A stretch of 32,000 bases of DNA from an uncultured archaeon (GTDB lineage Archaea > Iainarchaeota > Iainarchaeia > Iainarchaeales > DATDZZ01), in assembly GCA_964373795.1 (NCBI GenBank), contig CAYJVY010000009.1, positions 30,001 through 62,000 on the forward strand, given 5' to 3'. The position numbers were made by a program, and so were the translations under genes. Below, piece after piece: positions 24,878-32,000 of this stretch (position 1 is its first letter; each line of letters starts with the position of its first letter). Below the pieces are notes generated by a model. It ran no database searches. It was not told the origin of the DNA and worked only from the letters and a program-made list of their open reading frames with translations.

Positions 24878-26923
24878 TCACGAAGTATAAGTAACAACTA
24901 GTCTTGGTTTGAAGCAATCAATTCCTAGAGTTCCTCCTCCACATCCTGAATACCCTGTATCCCATTGCATTAAATTAGTTCCACTTGTTGGTCCTGTGAT
25001 TTTAAATGAAACCTTGTTATTTCCATTATTATGTCCTTCAAGTAAAAGCATTTGAGTTGAATTAAATTGTAATTCACTCCAAGTGTCTTTAACTAAACTT
25101 GTCCTACTCAAAATTCCAATAGTTGATTCATTTACAGCATTATTTAATTCACTATAAGTTGGATGATTTCTAGTTCCATCAAACTTGCTATCCTCTAATG
25201 AATTCAGCATGTAAACATTCCATTGCTTTGAACTACTAGTAGCAAGAGAAGTGTTTTGAACAAACAATCTTATTGCAGCACTTTGAATTCTTGCATTGAC
25301 TGGAATTGCAGTTAAATCAAATTGAATTCCTCCAATAAATCTTGAAATACCGTAATACCCTGAATAAATTTCTGCTCCTCCAAACCAATTAATGCTTGGC
25401 TGAGCTGATTGAACATATCCTTCAAACCATTGTTCTGGTTCAATTATTACTTGAACTTGATTTCCTGATTGACTGCTTTCACTTCCAGTTACAATCCATA
25501 ACGGAGAAGTATAAACGCTTCCATCGGAGAACTTGAATTGAGCTTGAAATCTTTCCCCATTATTATTCATGTCTTGATCAAATTCAAGTTTATTATTGCT
25601 TGAAATAAATTGTCCTACACTTAAATTAAAATCACTGAAAACAGCATTAGATGAAAGCCAGCTTCCAGGAGAAACAGTGCCACTCCATTTAATGTTATTG
25701 GCAATTCTAACTCTATTAAGTTTTGAATTATCTGAATCGTTCCACCACATTACATTCATATCAGTAATATTTATTGAAGTACAACCAGTATTTTCAATTT
25801 TCCATGTTTCAACAATTTTATTTGCAGTACTGAAAACAGTGTTATTCCAATCCATTTTAAAATAATTACTTTGATTTCCGCCTGCAACTAAAAATTGCTT
25901 GCTTGCAGTTACTATAGAAAATTTTTTTCCATCTACTTTAATGCCCCAATTCCCGTTTTTGCCTAGACAAGAAATTGTATAACTTCCTTCAACTCTTCCA
26001 TTACTTGAAGACTGATTTGAAAGGTTTTGTTGAACGACTAAATTTGGATCAGAGACTTTAATGTTTAAATCAGTTAAATCGATTGGTTTGTTTGATTGGT
26101 CTTTTAATGCAATTGCGTAATACACTGTTGAATTAGGAGTAAAACTTGTAGAAGGAATTGAATAACTTGAATCTGAATACAAGTTTACATCAATTGAAGT
26201 TAAAACTTGTGGAATTAAAATTGAAACCTTTACTACGTCTTTAAAGTTTTGAGTTGAATTTACTTGAATTTCTCCATTCCAGGTTTTTGAAGGCTCGTTT
26301 AACGGAACAGTAAAAGTTGCATTAATTGAATCGTTTTGATCTGAATTTAATGAATTAATATTTTTATTAAAATTAGTGTTAGCGCTATTCAAGTCTCCTG
26401 TAAGAGTTCGACTTAAATTAGTTAAAGTAACATCTGTTCCATTCAAGAATTTAATTTCTTGAATTGCAGTATTTTGTCCACTAATTGGAGGAATAACTTT
26501 GTTTACTTTGTTTGGAGTTAGCATTAATCCTTCTCCAATTCTAACAAATCCATTGTCAAGCATTTGAATTAATACTTTGTGTGGTCCCGGGTTTAATGGA
26601 AGGTCTCCGACTAAAGGAGCTTTCGTTGGAATGCTTATTTCACTTGGATTTTCTTTAGAGCCAACCTTGAATCCAATAATTTTTCCTTGAATTACTTTTT
26701 CTCTCACATTTGAAGGCAAATCAATTTCAATGAAAACCTTGCTTCCAGGGCCAAGAGAATAAACTTGGTCAACTCCTTTAGCTAGACTGGTAACAGAACT
26801 ATTTATTTTATTTATTGCAATAGTTTCCTGCGAAGTAGTGTTTGAAATAAGAAACACAACTCCAACTGCAGTTAAAGCAAATCCAATTAAAAGCAAGGTT
26901 TCAACAGATATTTGAGCCTTCAA
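24878..26923 (-). CDS. Giant class III signal-peptide protein (681 aa), candidate pilus-associated adhesin
   Basis: MKA|QISVETLLLIGFALTAVGVVFL. It is the first gene of the operon and carries at least 15 N-x-S/T sequons by eye. Confidence 0.7.
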   Translation of the reverse strand: MKAQISVETLLLIGFALTAVGVVFLISNTTSQETIAINKINSSVTSLAKGVDQVYSLGPGSKVFIEIDLPSNVREKVIQGKIIGFKVGSKENPSEISIPTKAPLVGDLPLNPGPHKVLIQMLDNGFVRIGEGLMLTPNKVNKVIPPISGQNTAIQEIKFLNGTDVTLTNLSRTLTGDLNSANTNFNKNINSLNSDQNDSINATFTVPLNEPSKTWNGEIQVNSTQNFKDVVKVSILIPQVLTSIDVNLYSDSSYSIPSTSFTPNSTVYYAIALKDQSNKPIDLTDLNIKVSDPNLVVQQNLSNQSSSNGRVEGSYTISCLGKNGNWGIKVDGKKFSIVTASKQFLVAGGNQSNYFKMDWNNTVFSTANKIVETWKIENTGCTSINITDMNVMWWNDSDNSKLNRVRIANNIKWSGTVSPGSWLSSNAVFSDFNLSVGQFISSNNKLEFDQDMNNNGERFQAQFKFSDGSVYTSPLWIVTGSESSQSGNQVQVIIEPEQWFEGYVQSAQPSINWFGGAEIYSGYYGISRFIGGIQFDLTAIPVNARIQSAAIRLFVQNTSLATSSSKQWNVYMLNSLEDSKFDGTRNHPTYSELNNAVNESTIGILSRTSLVKDTWSELQFNSTQMLLLEGHNNGNNKVSFKITGPTSGTNLMQWDTGYSGCGGGTLGIDCFKPRLVVTYTS

Positions 26924-27052
26924 GATAATCCCTTTAATTCTGATTAATTGTTTTAATATAAGGATTTTCTAATTTAAAAAATAATCTCTCTTAATATTAA
27001 ACTGTTTTAAGGCTTCAAAACAATTAAAAATAATTAATTCCTATCTAATTAC

Positions 27053-28885
27053 ATGAAAAACAAATTAATTTACTGTTTAATTATTTTTCTTGCAGTATTG
27101 TTGACTGGATGCATTCAACCAACTCCTAAAGGAAAAACTTGTGAAGAGCTTTCAGGATTTATTTGCAGTGAAAAAGAATTCTGTAGTGAAGGTTTTCTTG
27201 AAGCAAGTGATTCAACTAATTGTTGTGTAAGCCAATGCCAACCAAAAAAAGAAATCTCTTTAGTTGAAAAAGCCTTTAAAGGCCAGGGAAGCTTTAAATG
27301 TGAATTAACAGTTGAAGGAGTTAAAGCAATAGTATTACTTAAAGACTTGAAATTTAATTTAGATTTCAATGAATCAAAAATTTTATCTGATTATAATTTT
27401 TATTACGAGTTTTCAAAAGACTTAAATGCATGGCTTAAAATAGATAAAAAAGAACAAGAAGCTGAAAACGATTTATGGGAAAAAATTCAAAGCACTGCTT
27501 TATCTAATCCTGAAAAAGTTTCCTGCATTGAACAATCTTTGGAAGATAACTTATTTTTTGTTCCAGAAAAAGACTTGTTTCAACTTCCAATTAATGGAGG
27601 TAATGGAGGCGAAACTCCAGGCGATTCAGATTCAAATAAACAAGTTAATCCAATTAAAGCCTGTGATGAATTAGAGAATCCATTAAAAAGAGAGGTTTGC
27701 ATTAAAGATTTAGCTCTTCAATCTCTTCAAACAGGTGTTTGTAGAAAGCTTTCAATTTTTTCAAAAGATTCTTGCATTAATGAAATTGCAGTGAAAACAA
27801 ATAAATTAGATTTATGTAATGAAATTGAAAATGAATTAAGAAGAAATGAATGCATTAAAATAATTAGCATTAATTTAAATGAAATTACTGCTTGTAATGC
27901 AATTACTGATGAAAACCGAACAATAGATTGTTATTATAGAATTGGATTGCAGAAAAAGATTTTAGATTCTTGTCTTAAAATTTCTCCAACTTCTTATGGA
28001 ATTTTTAAAAGAGACGAATGCATTTTTTCAATTGCAACAGAGCAAAAAAATGTTGATTTATGTAATTTAATTTCTTTAAGTTATGTAAGCTCTGAATTCA
28101 CTAGAGATAAATGTTTTTTTTCATTAGTTGAAAAAATTGAAGACATTAGTTTTTGCAATAAAATAATTGACTTAAATAGAAGAAATGAGTGTCTTAAATT
28201 AATTGGTGTAACTCAATTCAGATTAGATGCCTGCCAGGCAATTGATGTTAATTCCTTGCAAGGAGAATGCATTAAATCAATTGCATTAAACGATGCAAAC
28301 CACTTAGTTTGCCTTGAAATTCCTCAATCAGAGTTGCCTTTAAGACAAGAATGTTTTAGTGAAATAGCAGTTAAAACTCAGTCAATTGATTTATGTTATA
28401 AAATTTATAACACTGACTTGAAAGGGGATTGCTTGAAAAACCTTGCATTAGTTCAAAAACAAGTAGTTGGATGTGAAAAAATTACTTTTAATGATAAGAA
28501 AAAATTTGAATGCTATTATGAATTTGCTTTACAAGAAAACAACCCTTCTTATTGTGAAGATACAGGAATTGTTGGATTAAAAAATTTGTCAGAAGAATGT
28601 TATTACACTTTAGCAACTAAAAATCAAAACATTTCTTTATGTGAAAAAATTTTAGTTGATAAAACTTATTATAATTGTTTTTTAGATATTGCAGTTGAAT
28701 TAAAATCTCACAAAATTTGTCCTTTAATGAAAAAAATTTACTTATCTAATATAACAAAGTATCCCATTTCACAGTTATGCATTAAAGATTTTGCTGCAAA
28801 AACCTCTGACAAAGTTGTATGTGATGAAATAATCAGTCAAGAATTACGCGAAGCCTGCTTGAAGCTAGACTTAAATTTCACTTGA
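27053..28885 (+). CDS. Secreted/lipoprotein-like Cys-rich repeat protein
   Basis: The signal peptide carries a lipobox (LAVLLTGC). It is followed by a Cys-rich head and then about 13 repeats of a two-Cys ~30 aa unit, e.g. RRNECIKIISI and KRDECIFSIAT. Confidence 0.7.
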   Translation: MKNKLIYCLIIFLAVLLTGCIQPTPKGKTCEELSGFICSEKEFCSEGFLEASDSTNCCVSQCQPKKEISLVEKAFKGQGSFKCELTVEGVKAIVLLKDLKFNLDFNESKILSDYNFYYEFSKDLNAWLKIDKKEQEAENDLWEKIQSTALSNPEKVSCIEQSLEDNLFFVPEKDLFQLPINGGNGGETPGDSDSNKQVNPIKACDELENPLKREVCIKDLALQSLQTGVCRKLSIFSKDSCINEIAVKTNKLDLCNEIENELRRNECIKIISINLNEITACNAITDENRTIDCYYRIGLQKKILDSCLKISPTSYGIFKRDECIFSIATEQKNVDLCNLISLSYVSSEFTRDKCFFSLVEKIEDISFCNKIIDLNRRNECLKLIGVTQFRLDACQAIDVNSLQGECIKSIALNDANHLVCLEIPQSELPLRQECFSEIAVKTQSIDLCYKIYNTDLKGDCLKNLALVQKQVVGCEKITFNDKKKFECYYEFALQENNPSYCEDTGIVGLKNLSEECYYTLATKNQNISLCEKILVDKTYYNCFLDIAVELKSHKICPLMKKIYLSNITKYPISQLCIKDFAAKTSDKVVCDEIISQELREACLKLDLNFT

Positions 28886-29704
28886 TCCTTTTGGTTTTGA
28901 CATTGATGGAAGTGTTTTCCATCTAGGAAAAATAGCTTTTTTTGCTCTTTGTAAAGCTTCTCTTAATTCAGGATTTGCTTTTCTTATTGCTGCAGCCAAC
29001 AAATCAGATCTTTGCTTAAAATTTGAACCAATTCCTTCAATATTAACAACTATTTCTGCAACATTTCGCTCCTTCAAATTTTGAAAGAAAGGATTCCTTT
29101 TTGTTGGCAGAATATTATCAAAATCAATAACAAGTGATCTTCCATCTTTTGAGGGAATAATTGCATCTGAAATGCATGGAAGGTCATTGTTTGCTAATAC
29201 TACTTGTAATTCTATTGCTTTCTTTTTTGTTGCATAACTGCAATAATAAAATTGTGCTTGTGCTCCACTTAAACTAATTCCTTTTTTTTCAAGTTGCACG
29301 GATATTGCATCCCTATCATGAAGTTTTGATCCCTTAAATGTTCCTCCAAACAATTCAGTTATTTGAATCCATTCTCCAGTTTCAAAAAATTCTCCAGCAG
29401 AAGACAACTGTCTTGCTTCATCTGCTGTTAATTTATGCATTCCTGCATGAAAATTAATCACTCCTTTTTTATGCAAAAACTCTATTGTTCTCTGATATTC
29501 TTGTGCTTCTTCCTCACTTAAAGCTTTATGAAATTTTTTTATTGCAACTCTTTTTGGTTTACTACCAGCTATGTTTGCAACTGCCATGAATACTCTTCCA
29601 ACTTTTCCCATACCTAAAAATTTTAGTTTTCCAAGAATTGGTCTAACACTAGTTATTGCTTTATGTCTTTTAGCATAATCTGGCCCTGGTTTTCTACGCA
29701 GCAT
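28871..29704 (-). CDS. Protein kinase-like fold protein (atypical)
   Basis: It has the G-loop LGMGKVGRV, the VAIK motif RVAIKKF, a helix C Glu region, NNDLPCISDAII in place of HxDLxxxN, and VIDFDN in place of DFG. TATA TATAAATA (29726-29733, minus strand) lies 22 nt upstream of the ATG. Confidence 0.45.
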   Translation of the reverse strand: MLRRKPGPDYAKRHKAITSVRPILGKLKFLGMGKVGRVFMAVANIAGSKPKRVAIKKFHKALSEEEAQEYQRTIEFLHKKGVINFHAGMHKLTADEARQLSSAGEFFETGEWIQITELFGGTFKGSKLHDRDAISVQLEKKGISLSGAQAQFYYCSYATKKKAIELQVVLANNDLPCISDAIIPSKDGRSLVIDFDNILPTKRNPFFQNLKERNVAEIVVNIEGIGSNFKQRSDLLAAAIRKANPELREALQRAKKAIFPRWKTLPSMSKPKGSSEI

Positions 29705-29754
29705 TACAAAAATAGTGATTAATTGTATTTATACCTTTTCTCTAGATTCCGTTC

Positions 29755-29784
29755 ACTTAAATCTTTTTTTGACTTCATCCATTA
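29755..29784. repeat. Direct repeat copy A (30 nt, 1 mismatch) duplicating the 3' end of fbp
   Basis: ACTTAAATCTTTTTTTGACTTCATCCATTA matches 30785-30814 (ACTTGAATCTTTTTTTGACTTCATCCATTA). On the minus strand it reads MDEVKKRFK followed by a stop. Confidence 0.85.
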
Positions 29785-29787
29785 ATT

Positions 29788-30186
29788 CTAATTTAATATT
29801 TTTAGAAACTCTTTTGAGGAAACAATTCTTGTTTTTCTGAATTTTATTAAATTCAATAAATCATTGTCATTGGAAACAATGAAATCAGCATTTGCTTCTA
29901 AAGCACATTCGATTATTTTGTTGTCGTCAGGATCTCTCTTAACAACATTGACTTTTATTTTTGGTTCAATTATTTTGGAAAAACTTGTTATTAGTGCAAG
30001 TTGAGCTTCAACTTTTTCTTTTGGTTCTTTAAATTTTGTTAAAAGTTTTTCTTCAACTTCTTTCAATATTTCTGTAGAAACAAAATTTGTGAATCTCTCT
30101 TGAATCGCCATTCTAACAACTTTATTAGCCGCGCCTTTTGTTAGTATGGAAGAAATGTACACATTCGAGTCAAGAACGGTTTTCAT
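29788..30186 (-). CDS. vapC: PIN-domain toxin (VapC-like, TIGR00305-type)
   Basis: VLDSNVYISSIL..., acidic residues in EILKEVEEKL, and DPDDNKIIECALEANADFIVSNDNDLL. Confidence 0.85.
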   Translation of the reverse strand: MKTVLDSNVYISSILTKGAANKVVRMAIQERFTNFVSTEILKEVEEKLLTKFKEPKEKVEAQLALITSFSKIIEPKIKVNVVKRDPDDNKIIECALEANADFIVSNDNDLLNLIKFRKTRIVSSKEFLKILN

Positions 30187-30464
30187 TACTTTCTTCCTCT
30201 TGCTTTGTGAATCATTCTCACAACATCTTTTTCATTTTTTACACCAATCTTTTTTGCATACTCTCTTCCCCACATGCTTAGCTTATCAAACTCTTTTAAT
30301 AATTCTTCTTTTGTTGGTTTATAGATTTTTTTCAATACAAGAGTGTCTTTGCTTGCCGCCACAGCTAAAGAATCTCCTTTCTTTAAACCAATCTCTTCTC
30401 TTAGTTCCAAAGGAATAACAACTTGTCCTCTTGAGGAAAGCTTTGTTACAGAAACATCACTCAC
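30186..30464 (-). CDS. vapB: AbrB/MazE/SpoVT-family antitoxin (VapB-like)
   Basis: SSRGQVVIPLELREEIGLKKGDSLAV is a SpoVT-AbrB swapped-hairpin motif. It has a GTG start with an AGGTGA SD and overlaps the PIN gene by 1 nt. Confidence 0.85.
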   Translation of the reverse strand: MSDVSVTKLSSRGQVVIPLELREEIGLKKGDSLAVAASKDTLVLKKIYKPTKEELLKEFDKLSMWGREYAKKIGVKNEKDVVRMIHKARGRK

Positions 30465-30562
30465 AAAATCACCTCTTACAATAATACTATCTTACTTTCT
30501 TATTAAAAAGCTTTTTGCAACTAAGTTTTCAACTATTTACAAGAATTAGCACAATATTTTTG

Positions 30563-30670
30563 TTACTTATTTATTTGTTCAAGTATTTTTTTGACTTCAT
30601 TGATTTTATCTGCATGAACCGTTAAACTTGACAAACCTTCTTTAATTAATTCAGGCAAAATTTTTTTCAT
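30563..30670 (-). pseudogene. 35-codon ORF, possibly a C-terminal remnant of a PEP-utilising enzyme (PpsA/PPDK-like)
   Basis: MKKILPELIKEGLSSLTVHADKINEVKKILEQINK resembles the extreme C-terminus (G-I-D-S-I-S-V-x-P-D) of the PEP-utilising TIM-barrel domain. There is no SD upstream. Confidence 0.2.
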
Positions 30671-30782
30671 AGGAGTTTGAAATGAAATAGTTGTTTCTAT
30701 ATTATTTTTTTTACAGTTTTTTTATTACATTCGTTAGAAGAGAAACAACTCCCTTTACAATAACAATGCCTTTGTAATAAAA

Positions 30783-31874
30783 TTACTTGAATCTTTTTTT
30801 GACTTCATCCATTATTGATTGATATCCTTTATTGTATTCTAATTCTTCTGGTATAAGAGTAGCTGGGTGAATGAATCCTTGTTCGCGCATGAATTCAGCT
30901 TTTTTTACTGCTTTGTTTCTAAAGTAATCCCAATCAGGAGTGGAAAATGCATCCATTGATTCAGTGAATTTTCCTTTATGCACGCTGAATAACGCGCATG
31001 AAACAATTGGAATACACCAATTAGCTGTTGCAGCAGTGTTTAGTTTTACTGGCATTAAAGGCATGTGATGACTTCCTCTTGTATCTCCTGCCACGTAATG
31101 AGCTGTTTTAAATACAGAGCAAGCTTCTTCTGTTGCAGGAAAATTTTTCTGCAACCTCATTAAAGCAGCTGGATCATCTTTTCCTACATAAGTTCCAGCA
31201 ATGTTATGCAATCTATCAGTTGTTGCATTCAAAATTGGTTCACCTTCTTTTGTATGCACTGAATCAACTACATATCTTCCTGGATACATTAAAACTCCTG
31301 CAATTAAAAAAATATCTTTAGGGGTTTCAAGAACTGCTTTCTTATCTTCTAATACATCCATTACAGTTATTTTCACTCCATTTGTTAGAGTTGGATTTAA
31401 CAACAAACCAGTATTAGATGATGGCTCGCAAAAAAGTTTGTAAAAAGGATGATTAAATGCTCCTGGCTCTGTTTTGTCTGCAGTAATTAAAGCAAAAGCC
31501 TCATTTGGCCTTTCCTCGAATTCTAATTCAGCTACTCCTGGACCCATTCCTTTCACATTGCCTGAAAAAGATGTTTTCAACATGTCTTGGCCTGCTCCGT
31601 AAAGTCCTTGAGATTTAGCTGTTTCAGTTCCTTGCATGAAAGCATCAAATGCAAGTTTATGAATTTCAGAATTTCCTATTCCCTTTGCATGAGACACTAA
31701 AATATGAATATCGTCTCCAGTGAAACCAACATATAAATCAATTATTACTCCTTTATCTAATCCATTTTTTTTCACAAAATCTTTCACTGTTTGTAAAAGT
31801 TTTTCACTTGGCTTTGTATGCCCTCCAATTGATCCAACATCTGCTTTAATTGCAGTTAAAGTAATTTTACTCAT
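30783..31874 (-). CDS. fbp: Fructose-1,6-bisphosphate aldolase/phosphatase (class V FBPase)
   Basis: MSKITLTAIKADVGSIGGHTKPS...DIHILVSH...GPGVAE...YVAGDTRGSHHMPLMPV is a full-length match to the archaeal bifunctional FBPA/P. Confidence 0.93.
   Translation of the reverse strand: MSKITLTAIKADVGSIGGHTKPSEKLLQTVKDFVKKNGLDKGVIIDLYVGFTGDDIHILVSHAKGIGNSEIHKLAFDAFMQGTETAKSQGLYGAGQDMLKTSFSGNVKGMGPGVAELEFEERPNEAFALITADKTEPGAFNHPFYKLFCEPSSNTGLLLNPTLTNGVKITVMDVLEDKKAVLETPKDIFLIAGVLMYPGRYVVDSVHTKEGEPILNATTDRLHNIAGTYVGKDDPAALMRLQKNFPATEEACSVFKTAHYVAGDTRGSHHMPLMPVKLNTAATANWCIPIVSCALFSVHKGKFTESMDAFSTPDWDYFRNKAVKKAEFMREQGFIHPATLIPEELEYNKGYQSIMDEVKKRFK
30785..30814. repeat. Direct repeat copy B (inside the 3' end of fbp)
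   Basis: See copy A. It encodes MDEVKKRFK followed by a stop at the end of 30783..31874. Confidence 0.85.
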
Positions 31875-32000
31875 TCAAAGTCCCCCAACATTTTACTATT
31901 AAATGCTTTCATAATTTAAATAATTTTTAGTACGTTGGTCAAATAATTAGCTCAGAAGGTGTTAAACCTAGAGCATTACCACAAATTTGATGGGTGTTAA

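Noticed and set aside
31948-32000. tRNA-like D-arm string TAGCTCAGAAGGT...TAGAGC downstream of a TATA-like ATTTAAAT (about 31913)
   Set aside because: The would-be D-loop is about 17 nt. The preceding 7 nt (AAATAAT) cannot form a credible acceptor stem. The following TTACC/…GATGG does not pair as an anticodon stem, and the window ends before any T-arm. It could be the start of some RNA gene, but this cannot be supported.

Overview
This is an AT-rich (by eye about 70% A+T), gene-dense archaeal chromosome segment. Marker genes are ribosomal protein L15e, an Sm-like protein, aIF5A, an NcsA/TtuA-type tRNA thiolase, a TIGR00288-type NYN protein, class V FBP aldolase/phosphatase and MetRS. GGTGA Shine-Dalgarno motifs and TATA boxes 20-30 nt upstream of starts are common. 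The reduced-looking gene content suggests a DPANN-like archaeon, which is inference. The main accessory content is a type IV pilus-like (Tad/Epd-like or archaellum-like) locus at about 14.2-26.9 kb. It has a FlaI/PilB-family ATPase, a platform protein split into two T2SF genes, a single-domain KaiC/ArlH-like ATPase, three short paralogous pilins and five translationally coupled class III signal-peptide proteins, two of them very large. A second notable minus-strand operon (7.0-10.8 kb) encodes NYN, HEAT-repeat, PATAN-like, Roadblock/LC7, MinD/ParA and LSm proteins, and is followed by a GC-enriched multi-hairpin candidate RNA. Other oddities: MetRS has a C-terminal B3/4 (PheRS-editing-like) domain and SVGS in place of HIGH. 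An arginase-fold protein next to aIF5A has lost its metal ligands. A 610 aa protein is a Cys-rich repeat lipoprotein. A vapBC cassette is flanked by 30 nt direct repeats that duplicate the 3' end of fbp. I saw no rRNA, no convincing tRNA, no CRISPR array and no transposase or integrase ORF.
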